Shown here in pieces: positions 38,875-48,641 of a stretch of DNA of 64,000 nt (position 1 is the first letter of the stretch; every line of letters starts with the position of its first letter). The notes below the pieces were generated by a model, which saw only the letters and a program-made list of their open reading frames with translations, was not told the DNA's origin and did no database searches. The translations under genes were made by a program, and so were the position numbers. The DNA comes from a virus. The DNA lies in IMG/VR virus record IMGVR_UViG_3300017917_005108, positions 98,498 to 162,497 of that record. One strand, written 5' to 3'.

Positions 38875-39444
38875 TTAACGACCTAATATATTATATGCAG
38901 TAAAAAAACTTTTCCAGAGATCAAAAGCGACGTTATGCAGACTGTCGTACACTTCTGTTAATGTTTTATTCTCTATAGCTACTCCCTGGCTCAATATAAT
39001 TTCACCGGCATCAACTTCAGGTACAACCTTGTGTATAACACAACCTGCTAGCTTATATCCCTCTCTAAATGCTCTTTCCTGCGGATTAAAGCCCTTCAAT
39101 GAAGGATATTTGTCAATTAAACCTGGATGTAAATTATAAATTTCATATTTTTCACAAATTTCTTTTGGAATAATACGAAGATATCCGTGTAATGTTATAA
39201 CGGGATTTTTAAATTGCTCTAAAACCTTTAAATAATCTATTGCAGTTGGCTTAGCGGGTAATGCGTGCCAAATAACACTATTTAATTTATGTGCACGAAA
39301 AGTATTTACAGATAACAAATCTTTATTTACACCGTCTAAACTTTGTCTATTTGTAACAACAGCATCAGGATATACTTCTAATGCCTTGCAGAGATTGTTA
39401 ATTTCTGTACCTGTTTGAGAGAAAAATGTTACCCAAGGTCTCAT
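38875..39444 (-). CDS. PurN-like formyltransferase (candidate dPreQ1 formyltransferase, DpdN-like)
   Basis: FFSQTGT, LHGYLRI, N.HPGL...YP..KG, GC..H.V...VDAG.II; sits in the queF operon. Confidence 0.85.
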   Translation of the reverse strand: MRPWVTFFSQTGTEINNLCKALEVYPDAVVTNRQSLDGVNKDLLSVNTFRAHKLNSVIWHALPAKPTAIDYLKVLEQFKNPVITLHGYLRIIPKEICEKYEIYNLHPGLIDKYPSLKGFNPQERAFREGYKLAGCVIHKVVPEVDAGEIILSQGVAIENKTLTEVYDSLHNVAFDLWKSFFTAYNILGR

Positions 39445-40253
39445 CTACGAATAATCTTCTTAAACATTGTAGTATTATATTTTACAAGTTCAAGCTGATC
39501 TTCTGTGAAGCTATGTGCAATTAAATCTGCTAATTTGGTTGATGGTTTCATATCTAGGCCATAATCCGCATCATATTTTAATCCATGAATAGCGGCAACA
39601 ATTGGATTACTAGTATCGCAAGACACAATATTGTGAATGTTTCTATCGACATAAAACCTAAATTCTTTAGCTAATGAACAGCCAAGTAAATGATGAGGCT
39701 TGTCCCACCTCCATATACCATTATTTATTAAATCAGAAATAAACCTCTGTCTTCCAGAACACCAGCGCTCTAGATGATGCCATCCTTGCCCGGTAGCTTG
39801 ATAATAACTAAAATCAAAACTAATAGCTATCATGTCAGCGTTATCAGCCATAAACTTATAACATTCTCTCAATTCTTGCCAGTTTTTACCTTGAATGGCA
39901 CCTATTGCTTTTGTTTGAAAATTAGTTTTTATTTCGATCTTTTTATGCTCAAAATCTTTAAAGCTTTGAACTGTCCCATGCATATCCTCTAACACGTCAG
40001 GTACAATAAACATATTTGGCTGTAGTTCTAATGTTGCTTTATAAAAGTTTTCTGAATCAAAAGCCTTCCCTAATTCAAAAATAGAGTTGTCTAATAATAC
40101 TTCTCTATCATATGTAGATCTTGCAGCTTTATAAAACGCTTTATATTCAGGATATTGATCTAATAGATGCACAAGACAATAGTCAAAATCATTATAACTC
40201 TTTGATAAATCAAGTATTGATATAGGAGATTCATGAGAGACTTTCATTAGCAT
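39441..40253 (-). CDS. TGT-fold deazaguanine transglycosylase-like protein (DpdA-family candidate)
   Basis: LLDNS.FE, PDV, GAIQG, AI.F, HHLLG, S.DTS.P follow the TGT/DpdA barrel motif order; first gene of the queF operon. Confidence 0.72.
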   Translation of the reverse strand: MLMKVSHESPISILDLSKSYNDFDYCLVHLLDQYPEYKAFYKAARSTYDREVLLDNSIFELGKAFDSENFYKATLELQPNMFIVPDVLEDMHGTVQSFKDFEHKKIEIKTNFQTKAIGAIQGKNWQELRECYKFMADNADMIAISFDFSYYQATGQGWHHLERWCSGRQRFISDLINNGIWRWDKPHHLLGCSLAKEFRFYVDRNIHNIVSCDTSNPIVAAIHGLKYDADYGLDMKPSTKLADLIAHSFTEDQLELVKYNTTMFKKIIRR

Positions 40254-40288
40254 ACAATTAGTATATATGTAAATAATATTATATCAAG

Positions 40289-43033
40289 ATGAAATCGCCT
40301 GTCTATCATGGCAATTATTTGGGCATAGTAGTTCAAAATAATGATCCTTTAAAAAGAGGTAGAGTTAAAGTATTCGTACCTCACATTTCACCCAACATTT
40401 ATAAAGGGTGGAACGAAATAAGTAAAGATAAAAAGTTTAAATTTGTCGGTGTTAACACATACAGCGACTTAACGGATATATTAGAAGATCTTAAAAAAAT
40501 ATTACCCTGGGCGGAATGTGCAGCTCCTCTGGCAGGAGAGAGCACATCTGGTAGGTACAGTGCAAATAAAAACACCGGCTCCATAAGTGACAGTAATAGA
40601 CTATCAACAACAGTTTCAAGCATTTCTTCTTGCGAAATTGATTCTCAAAACTTAACAGAATATTCACAAAACTATGATAATATTGGTGAAAAACCTGCAA
40701 ATATTTTAGACAAATATGCATTTAAATTAAAAGATGCGTTTTCTGATCCAAAAGAAACAAATGTTAATATAGTAAATAAATTTTCTTTTAACTATACACC
40801 TGAATCATATAGCAATGCTGCAAAGGGTTCTTTTGCAGTACCATCAGTTGGATCTCACCTATGGGTATTTTTTGCAGGTGGTAACGCAATGAAACCAGTA
40901 TATTTTGCATCGTCTTTTGGCTCTTCAGACTGGGGAAGTATCTATAGCTCTACTTCTGCTGTTTATGAAGATGGGACAGTTATACCTGGTGCAGGAATTG
41001 ATTATCCAGGAACATATGAAAATACTCCTGGAGAAGAATATAATATAAACACAGAAACATATAGAAACAAATATGTTATAAATCAAAAAGGCGGTACACT
41101 ATCATTTGTAAATACGGATAATAGAGAAACATTAAAATTAACTCATTTCTCCGGTTCCTTTAAAGAATTTAATAACTTTACAAATATAGAGCTTGCAACA
41201 AAAAATGATCAAAAAATGGTTTTAGAAGATTCATTTTTAACTATAAAAGGCAATAGAAATGAATTTACAAGACTTGATTATGATTGTGTAATACAAGGTA
41301 ACTTTTATAAAAAAATAGGAACATTGAAAAAAGAGCTAGCCGAACAATGGAAAAATATAGTAGCAGAACTTAATGATATAAAACAGCTTTTTGATATAAA
41401 AAGAGCTAATAGAGTTTCTAATTCAATACTTAAGTATACATCTACCAAGCAAGAATTAAATGGTAGAGCAGCACCATGCCCAGTTTGTAATTCAAATAAA
41501 GATACATATGTAACATACAATAATACATACGGTATTGGCAGCCAATTTGCTGGCGGGTTTTTAAACAAAATATTTCCTGCAACGTCAGACGAATCTGGTG
41601 ATTATAATTTTTCTCAAACTATTTCTATTCTAGGTATTGTTCCATCTATTCAATTTCCAGGCGTAATGGGTAACCCTATAGTTACTTCAGCAATTGGATC
41701 TCTGGATGGAGGAATAGGAGGCGGAGCTACCAATCCACCTGGTAAAATCATGGGTGATACGTGTCCTGCGTGTGGAGGAACAGGAGAGTCAAAATCGTCA
41801 CAAGATGGTTTTTGGCAACGTGAAAATAAAGTACAACTTATACAGAGCTTTTTTGATAAAAACTTAAAGAAGTTAGCTGATATAGAAGAACAATTAGGAT
41901 TAGGCGGTAGTGAGATTGTAGAAATTACAAAACATAAAATTGAAACAATTGGAACTGTAATGAATGATTTTGGTTCAATAAGGTTAGATGATAGTGGTAA
42001 AATGGAAATAAGCGAGGTAAGAATTGCACAGTACGGTGCATTTTACAATAGAACACCTACACCTGTACTAGAATATGTTAATGTGGATGATTTACCAGGA
42101 GGTAACTACACTCTTAATGTATGTAATAGATATAGTGTATTAGTAGGAGCAGGTGGATTAAACTTAAAATCTTTTGGCCCAGTTAATCTAGGTGGAACTA
42201 TAACAAACATTGCAGGGGATCAATTAAACTTAGCAAGCGGTAATGAAGTTAATATTGACGGTGGTAAGAGATTATCACTAATAGCAGATATTATTTCTAT
42301 CAGACAGAGAAATAAAAAGCAAGTTTTAATAGACAGTTCTTTAGGTGTATCAAAAAATTTAGTTGTTGCTGGTGGAGGATATTTTGATGGAGAACTATTT
42401 GTACATCATATTACAGCTCCAGTAGAATATCAGGAAACCGAAGGTAAAGTTATGTGGGGAGCGGCTGCAACTGACCCTTCTAATGGCTTAGGCAAAATAA
42501 TAGGATACGGAGTACCTCTAGCTCAATTCCCTACTCCTGGTGGAATTGGTGGTGGATTTTTACCTATTCCTGCTTTTGGTGCTAGTGGACCTCCATATAT
42601 AGGCTATACAGATCCAAATCAAATTTCTGGTAAAGTTATTGCTGGCACTACTATAGGTTATGTAACATTAACGTGCCCGGATTGTGCGGGTACATTTCCA
42701 GTCATTGCATCAAATACTGGTGGACCTGGCGCAACACCAGTAAATGACGTAGATGTGTTTGGATCCGGTGCATTCCCAGGTCCTATACCCGGGTCAGGAT
42801 GTATAAAAGGAAGTAATGAAGGTATTGGTGGCGAGAACGCTTCACTAATGCCTATTGTTGTTTATGGTACCGGTAGAGATCCAAGTTCAATCTTTATGCC
42901 AGAGCATAAACATATGTTTAAAAATATACCTTTAACACTAGTTGAAACTAATAAGGATGTTAGAGAAGCTGCTAAGGTTTTAGAAAAGGGAACTGCAGTA
43001 GGACCATCACCTATTGTAAATGCTCACAAATAA
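40289..43033 (+). CDS. Baseplate hub/spike protein (gp5/VgrG-like)
   Basis: N-terminal OB fold YLGIVVQNNDP..RGRVKV, LPWA, P.VGS..WVFF..G; H.SGSF.E; beta-helix-like repeats; C-terminal HKH. Confidence 0.8.
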   Translation: MKSPVYHGNYLGIVVQNNDPLKRGRVKVFVPHISPNIYKGWNEISKDKKFKFVGVNTYSDLTDILEDLKKILPWAECAAPLAGESTSGRYSANKNTGSISDSNRLSTTVSSISSCEIDSQNLTEYSQNYDNIGEKPANILDKYAFKLKDAFSDPKETNVNIVNKFSFNYTPESYSNAAKGSFAVPSVGSHLWVFFAGGNAMKPVYFASSFGSSDWGSIYSSTSAVYEDGTVIPGAGIDYPGTYENTPGEEYNINTETYRNKYVINQKGGTLSFVNTDNRETLKLTHFSGSFKEFNNFTNIELATKNDQKMVLEDSFLTIKGNRNEFTRLDYDCVIQGNFYKKIGTLKKELAEQWKNIVAELNDIKQLFDIKRANRVSNSILKYTSTKQELNGRAAPCPVCNSNKDTYVTYNNTYGIGSQFAGGFLNKIFPATSDESGDYNFSQTISILGIVPSIQFPGVMGNPIVTSAIGSLDGGIGGGATNPPGKIMGDTCPACGGTGESKSSQDGFWQRENKVQLIQSFFDKNLKKLADIEEQLGLGGSEIVEITKHKIETIGTVMNDFGSIRLDDSGKMEISEVRIAQYGAFYNRTPTPVLEYVNVDDLPGGNYTLNVCNRYSVLVGAGGLNLKSFGPVNLGGTITNIAGDQLNLASGNEVNIDGGKRLSLIADIISIRQRNKKQVLIDSSLGVSKNLVVAGGGYFDGELFVHHITAPVEYQETEGKVMWGAAATDPSNGLGKIIGYGVPLAQFPTPGGIGGGFLPIPAFGASGPPYIGYTDPNQISGKVIAGTTIGYVTLTCPDCAGTFPVIASNTGGPGATPVNDVDVFGSGAFPGPIPGSGCIKGSNEGIGGENASLMPIVVYGTGRDPSSIFMPEHKHMFKNIPLTLVETNKDVREAAKVLEKGTAVGPSPIVNAHK

Positions 43034-43222
43034 TTACTTGTTATTGGTCCAACTATTTCTATGATGCATAACCCAGTCTAATAAAGCTCTTTCAAATCCC
43101 ACATCCTTACCCTCTTTCTCTGACATATACCACTTGTTTTCAAGTATACATTGTCTTTCTTCTAGGAATCTTCTATAAAGAGCAGTGTTTGAAAGCTCTA
43201 ACCCCGTAAGGGATGCTGTCAT
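43034..43222 (-). CDS. DUF4032-like small protein
   Basis: LYRRFLEER..IL..KWY.SEKEG.DVGFERALLDW. Confidence 0.7.
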   Translation of the reverse strand: MTASLTGLELSNTALYRRFLEERQCILENKWYMSEKEGKDVGFERALLDWVMHHRNSWTNNK

Positions 43223-43231
43223 ATATATTAT

Positions 43232-43651
43232 TTATTCTGGCCAAATATATTCCAAATTAGTTGGAACTTCTGGCCAAAGCTTACTGTAAAAATCTGGTAG
43301 TTTTTGTATTAATTTGCTTTTGTGAGAAAGGTGTAGATCTTCTCTGCCAAGCCATATAGGCATTTGGCATGATTCTTCTTTTTTGTAATGTACTTTAATT
43401 TTCTCAAGACATGTATCCTTATATCCTCTATTTTTCCATGCAGTACAAATTTGTACACCGTATTCTACTAATGCATTAGGTGTATTAGTCCACATTTTTG
43501 TACACGGATGATTAGTCCATCCTCTTCCTTTAGTTATACCTCTAATTTTATTAAGCATCTGTAATACCTCAACACGCTGTTTACCAAGACGCTTTACATC
43601 TAAAGCTTCACCGCTTTTATAAAACTCTTTATAAGGTAAAAAAGTATTCAC
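43232..43651 (-). CDS. Pyrimidine-dimer DNA glycosylase/DenV-like (MSMEG_6728 family)
   Basis: M.TFLPY, LD.KRLGKQRVE, GW..HP...MW, W..RGYKD, P.WLG, SH.S.L, Y.WP. Confidence 0.88.
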   Translation of the reverse strand: MNTFLPYKEFYKSGEALDVKRLGKQRVEVLQMLNKIRGITKGRGWTNHPCTKMWTNTPNALVEYGVQICTAWKNRGYKDTCLEKIKVHYKKEESCQMPIWLGREDLHLSHKSKLIQKLPDFYSKLWPEVPTNLEYIWPE

Positions 43652-44151
43652 AAATAAATTGTATCTAGATCTTTCTCAGAAATAACATCTAATTCATTAT
43701 TATTAAATTTTTTAATATATCTCTTCTTTAAGAAATTTTCTGTCTTAATTTCACCTATAACATAGCAACTATATGGATCAACTTCTTTATTATAAAAACA
43801 TAAAACAAGTTTTTTAATATTGTTTTTGGGATTACTTATTTGTAATGTCTCTTTACGCTTAAGCTTTAATTCTTTAGGACCAGGACCATTATAAGAAACA
43901 GTTTTTACTTGAATTCCATTACCATCACTATCAAAAAAATCAGCTTTAGGACCGCCGTAGCTTGATGCGTTTTTATTCCATTTAAATCCTGTAAATTTTT
44001 CAAAAGCTCTTTCGCCTGCCATACCAATTGACATATCTCTACAATTATAATTTGCTCTTTTTTTATAACCAGTACTATCTGTGTTCACAAATACATTAGA
44101 AATAGACAAAATTTCTTGTATGTCTTCTTTAGTAAGAGTTATTTTTTTCAC
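43648..44151 (-). CDS. Putative PD-(D/E)xK endonuclease-like protein
   Basis: G.AGE.AF...ADF...IQVKT. Confidence 0.5.
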   Translation of the reverse strand: MKKITLTKEDIQEILSISNVFVNTDSTGYKKRANYNCRDMSIGMAGERAFEKFTGFKWNKNASSYGGPKADFFDSDGNGIQVKTVSYNGPGPKELKLKRKETLQISNPKNNIKKLVLCFYNKEVDPYSCYVIGEIKTENFLKKRYIKKFNNNELDVISEKDLDTIYL

Positions 44152-44258
44152 TCTTCCTTATTATATGTGAAATAAAAATAATAGTCAAGAACTATTTAAA
44201 TAGTCTCAGTCTGTACCGAGCCCACCTCCCACCCCTATTTAAATACTCCTTCTAAATT

Positions 44259-44492
44259 TTATTTATTATTTTCTGCCAATTTTTTTTGCAACAGGGTAAC
44301 CATTTCTTTGTGTTCACTGTCTATTTGTCTTTTTATAAGCTCCAGTTCAATTAATACGTTTTGTACTTTTAAAAATTTTAACAGATCAAAAGAAACATCA
44401 ATATTATGAGGCCTATATGCGTTATCACCAATCAAAAATAATAACGACAATTCATCTTCTGACAATTCTTTTAAAAAAGAACTATAAATCAT
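44259..44492 (-). CDS. Hypothetical protein
   Basis: ATGA-coupled to nrdB. Confidence 0.6.
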   Translation of the reverse strand: MIYSSFLKELSEDELSLLFLIGDNAYRPHNIDVSFDLLKFLKVQNVLIELELIKRQIDSEHKEMVTLLQKKLAENNK

Positions 44493-45553
44493 AACTCTAC
44501 ATTTTCAAAAACATCTTCTGAAATATTGGTATCTCTGGCGCCAATTTTATAAGCTGATATTTCTGTTTCTTGAGGCGCAACCTGTACTTTACTACTATCT
44601 AAATAACTATCAAGCCAACCTGCAATAGGGTTATCTTTTTGATTGTAAATTTTCTTATATCCTAAAGAACGTAACCTATTATCACAAAGCCATTTAGCGT
44701 AACCACCTAATACATCAGCATTTAGACCTAACAAAGAACCTTTACTAAACAAGTAGTTAGCCCACTCTATTTCATTCTCTGTAGCTTGCTTATAAATTTC
44801 GTATATCTTATCTTCACTCTTTTTTACAATGCTAGTAAACCCCTCTTTATCCTCTTCTCTTAAAATTTTTATTAAATTTTGTGTAATAGCAAAATGCTGA
44901 GCTTCATCCCTTTGAATAAACTTTATAATTTTTGCATTACCTTCCATAATACCGCGATACCCAAAATAAAATGAACATGCAAAAGAAACATAAAATACCA
45001 GTCCTTCCATTACATTTACTGAAAGAATACAATCAAAAACTCTTTCTTTTAAATCCTTCTTAGTATCATCACCCAAAATTTTATCGTATCTACCTCTAAT
45101 AAGCTCTGCTCTTTTAACTATTTCTTTGTCTTCCATAATACTATCAAAAAACGTCGACGCATTTGGATGTACATTGTTGAGTAGGTATGAATAGCTATAG
45201 CTATGAATACCTTCAAACCGTTGCCAGGTGTTCATACATATTTCTAATTCAGGATTAGAGACGTAATCTTTAAGTGAATGTATAGACCTAGATAACATAC
45301 TATCACCAAGTGTTTGAAATTTTAAATTATTATCAAATACAAATCTCTGTTCACCCTTGAGCTCTTTATAATCACTCCTGTCCTTACCCAAAGCTATTTC
45401 ATGAGGCCACCAAAAAAACTCTTCTTGTTTTTTAAATAACTCAAAAAACACAGGATACTTAAACCTATCATATCTTTGTAAATTTAAATCTTCCCCAAAG
45501 AATAAAGGTTGTTTAGTATGATCTATATTCTTTATATTAAGAACAGATTTCAT
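44489..45553 (-). CDS. nrdB: Ribonucleotide reductase class Ia beta subunit
   Basis: FFW.P.EI, FQT..DS, E.IHS.SY, EG..FYVSF, I.RDE..H, VAPQETEI..Y. Confidence 0.97.
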   Translation of the reverse strand: MKSVLNIKNIDHTKQPLFFGEDLNLQRYDRFKYPVFFELFKKQEEFFWWPHEIALGKDRSDYKELKGEQRFVFDNNLKFQTLGDSMLSRSIHSLKDYVSNPELEICMNTWQRFEGIHSYSYSYLLNNVHPNASTFFDSIMEDKEIVKRAELIRGRYDKILGDDTKKDLKERVFDCILSVNVMEGLVFYVSFACSFYFGYRGIMEGNAKIIKFIQRDEAQHFAITQNLIKILREEDKEGFTSIVKKSEDKIYEIYKQATENEIEWANYLFSKGSLLGLNADVLGGYAKWLCDNRLRSLGYKKIYNQKDNPIAGWLDSYLDSSKVQVAPQETEISAYKIGARDTNISEDVFENVEL

Positions 45554-45570
45554 AAGCTAATATTATATAA

Positions 45571-47829
45571 TTAGAGCTTACAAGCTCCACTAGAGCAATC
45601 TGCTTCTTTTTGCATAGACTGCTCTTTATCTCCGTCATCTGTATTATTGTAATACAAACTCATAAGACCAACACTGTAAGCGTACATTATTTCTTTCATT
45701 ACTTTAGCGTCAGGTAAAACATTATTTTCATAATGACTATAGTTATAATAAACGTTTGTAGATATTGCCATGTCTAGATACTTTTGAATAACTGCGCTTA
45801 CATTCAATAGGCCTGTATTATCTTTTAAATTGTATGCTAGTTCATAATTATTTTGATACTTACCGATACCAGGAACTAATACCGGTAGTTTACCCATCTT
45901 TGACATTTTATAAGTTATTAATGATCTTACTGGTTCAATACCATTAGTTGAACACTGTATAACAGAGCTAGATTCACATGGCATACAGCTAGAGAGTGTA
46001 GAATGTCTTAAGCCATATTCTTTAATTTGTTCTCTCAAAGTATTCCAATCTAAACTAAATTTACGCTTGACTACTTCATCAACTTTCTTTTTATATGTAT
46101 CGATAGGTAAGATACCTTTTGAATACTTTGTTCTGTCATATTTCTCACACTTACCTTTTTCTTTAGCAAGATTACAGCTAGACTTTAAAAGGTAGTACTG
46201 AAAATGCTCCATCCATTCATCTAATAAAACTAGAGAATGTCTAGAACCATAAGCAACTTCATTTTTAGCAAAATATGCTGCAAGGTTAGTTATACCAATA
46301 CCTAAACTTCTTCTTTTTTTAGCAAAATTTTCTGCTGCTTTATTAAAATAATGCTGAATATCTATTATTTCTTCTAAGAACCTTACTGCTAAATCTGATG
46401 TTTTTTCTAGATCTTTCCAATCACGTATTTCAAGCATATTAATAGCAGATAAAATACACATTCCAATTTCAGCATCTGAATCATTAAAATCGTTGAGTGG
46501 AATAGTTGGATGAATAACCTCAGTACAAAGATTACTCATTGTAACTTTATCTATCCATGAACTATGTTCATTAGCAGTATCAACATTAAGAATATAAATT
46601 CTTCCTGTTTCAACTCTTTCTTTTACAATTAAAGAAAATAGCTGTCTTGCAGAAATTTTCTTTTTCATCTTAATCTTTTTATCTTCTTCACATTCTTCGT
46701 ATATTTTATTAAATTTAGGTGTACCCCATGCTTCAAAAAGATGCGGAACTTCATGTGGGCTGAAAAGTGTTACTGTTTCATTTTTAATAACTCTATCATA
46801 AAATAGCTTACTCATACCTATTGTATAGTCTAATTTTCTCACTCTATTATCGTCTGTACCAGCATTATTTTTTAATACAACAACATCCTCAATCTCATAA
46901 TGCCACCACTGAATATTTGTTGTTGCAGAGCCACCTCTTAACCCATTTTGCTGCCACGCTTTAACAGATGCTTCAAAAATCTTTAGGAAAGGAATAACGC
47001 CAGTATGTACCACTTCACCGTTATTAACAGGTGCTCCCAACGCTCTAATTCTAGAAATATCAATACCAATACCACAACGACTTGCTGTAGCTATAGATAC
47101 AGCTGTACCAGATGCTGTTATAGACTCCTTATTATCATCTACGCCAATCAAGCAACAGCTAGCATAGCTTTTAGAATTTGTACGTACACCAGCCATAATA
47201 GGTGTGGGTAAATTAATTTTATGTTTGGAAATTGCATTATAAAATCTACCCACATAGTCTAATCTTGTTTCTTTTGGGTAATTTGCAAAAGCATATGCAG
47301 AAATTAAAATGTATGCAAATTGCGGAGTTTCAAAAATTCTATCTGTCACTCTATTTTTTATTAGATATTTGTCACAAAGCTGCTTTATACCTGCATATGT
47401 AAAATTAAAATCTCTATTATGATCAACAAACTCTCCAATTTTATTAATTTCCGCTTCTGTATATTTTTCTAAAATAATTGGATCATAAATTTTTTTCTTT
47501 ATACCATTATGAATAACATCTAAAAGTCTAGGTGCATGCTTTCCACCCCAAACATCTTTTCTTAGTTCATAATTTAACAATCTTGATGCCACGTATTGAT
47601 AATTTGGAGTGTCAAGTGAAATTAAATTCGAAGCAGATTCAATTAAAACTTTATGAATATCTTTAGATGCAATATTGTTTACCATATTAAGATTAGCATT
47701 AATCTCAATATCTGAAAGGCTTACGCCCTCAATACCTTCTATAGCCCAATTAATTACTTTGTGAATTTTTTCTATATTAAATTTTTCTAACTGCCCGTCA
47801 CGTTTTTTAACAAAAATTTGTGAACTCAT
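45571..47829 (-). CDS. nrdA: Ribonucleotide reductase class Ia alpha subunit with ATP cone
   Basis: VKKRDG ATP cone, ETPQ, PTP..AG.R, SCCL, SNLCTE, MP.ESSS, NGIEP, C-terminal CSSGACKL. Confidence 0.98.
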   Translation of the reverse strand: MSSQIFVKKRDGQLEKFNIEKIHKVINWAIEGIEGVSLSDIEINANLNMVNNIASKDIHKVLIESASNLISLDTPNYQYVASRLLNYELRKDVWGGKHAPRLLDVIHNGIKKKIYDPIILEKYTEAEINKIGEFVDHNRDFNFTYAGIKQLCDKYLIKNRVTDRIFETPQFAYILISAYAFANYPKETRLDYVGRFYNAISKHKINLPTPIMAGVRTNSKSYASCCLIGVDDNKESITASGTAVSIATASRCGIGIDISRIRALGAPVNNGEVVHTGVIPFLKIFEASVKAWQQNGLRGGSATTNIQWWHYEIEDVVVLKNNAGTDDNRVRKLDYTIGMSKLFYDRVIKNETVTLFSPHEVPHLFEAWGTPKFNKIYEECEEDKKIKMKKKISARQLFSLIVKERVETGRIYILNVDTANEHSSWIDKVTMSNLCTEVIHPTIPLNDFNDSDAEIGMCILSAINMLEIRDWKDLEKTSDLAVRFLEEIIDIQHYFNKAAENFAKKRRSLGIGITNLAAYFAKNEVAYGSRHSLVLLDEWMEHFQYYLLKSSCNLAKEKGKCEKYDRTKYSKGILPIDTYKKKVDEVVKRKFSLDWNTLREQIKEYGLRHSTLSSCMPCESSSVIQCSTNGIEPVRSLITYKMSKMGKLPVLVPGIGKYQNNYELAYNLKDNTGLLNVSAVIQKYLDMAISTNVYYNYSHYENNVLPDAKVMKEIMYAYSVGLMSLYYNNTDDGDKEQSMQKEADCSSGACKL

Positions 47830-47923
47830 AACTATGAAATAATTTATTCCTTTTCAAGGCAAAAAACACAAACAATCTGTAATAAGTTCACAAAAAAAAA
47901 TATTAAAGTATTTTACTAAGAAA

Positions 47924-48364
47924 TCAATGAACTCTTTTAAGAATTTCAGTAATTATAACAACACATATTGAAGTAAAAGATGCTAATAAACCAGTAGAGA
48001 CAGCAGTTTTAAAGCTCCACTTATGTTCTTCTTTTTTAATCTCTCGCTTAAACTCACTATTTAGTTGATCTGTTAGATTGTTAAATTTTTCTGTAACAAC
48101 ATCTGTAATGTTTTTAAATTTTAAAGAAATTTCTCTATCTAATCCTTGAATTTTTTCATTAAAATTATTTGCCACATCAACTATTCTACATTTTAAATCT
48201 TCATCTAAATTGTCAATATTATCCTTTATAGACTTGACTTGATCTTCTAATTGAGATAACTGTAGTAATACTGAAGGTTTTCCGTTACCTTGGTAGACTG
48301 TCTTATATAGTGTGTCAACACTTTTTTTAAGATTAGTTAAATTATTAGAATTACTCTTTTTCAT
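47924..48364 (-). CDS. Coiled-coil protein with C-terminal transmembrane helix
   Basis: Heptad-rich body; hydrophobic AVSTGLLASFTSICVVII. Confidence 0.6.
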   Translation of the reverse strand: MKKSNSNNLTNLKKSVDTLYKTVYQGNGKPSVLLQLSQLEDQVKSIKDNIDNLDEDLKCRIVDVANNFNEKIQGLDREISLKFKNITDVVTEKFNNLTDQLNSEFKREIKKEEHKWSFKTAVSTGLLASFTSICVVIITEILKRVH

Positions 48365-48591
48365 TTTACATTGAATGTGTATCTTATTTGTCCTTTTGCA
48401 AGAGAGTAAACTCTGCCTCTTAATTTTCCTGCTGAATTTTTTGTTACCAAGCTTAAATTATCTCCTGTAATTACAGGTCCATTTATAATAGTGTCAGAAC
48501 CAAGACTTATCGTATATTCACGAACACCTTTTTCTGCATTAAAAACTGTTATAGAATGTGCATCAGCTACAGCAGAATATGTTTTAGCCAT
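48361..48591 (-). CDS. Small late protein
   Basis: TAAATA-N6-ATG; beta-rich. Confidence 0.6.
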   Translation of the reverse strand: MAKTYSAVADAHSITVFNAEKGVREYTISLGSDTIINGPVITGDNLSLVTKNSAGKLRGRVYSLAKGQIRYTFNVK

Positions 48592-48641
48592 ATTATTTAT
48601 TTATTGTTCTAAGTAAATAGTTTAATAAATAATTAAGAGCC

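Noticed and set aside
38875-39444. Ordinary purN for de novo purine synthesis
   Set aside because: No other pur genes in the window and it is coupled to a DpdA-like gene in the queF operon; a modification role is more likely, though not proven.
36050-40290. preQ1 riboswitch upstream of que genes
   Set aside because: Intergenic gaps are too short and no riboswitch consensus was seen.
44489-47829. Introns or inteins in nrdA/nrdB
   Set aside because: Both frames are continuous and of normal length, with no splicing motifs.
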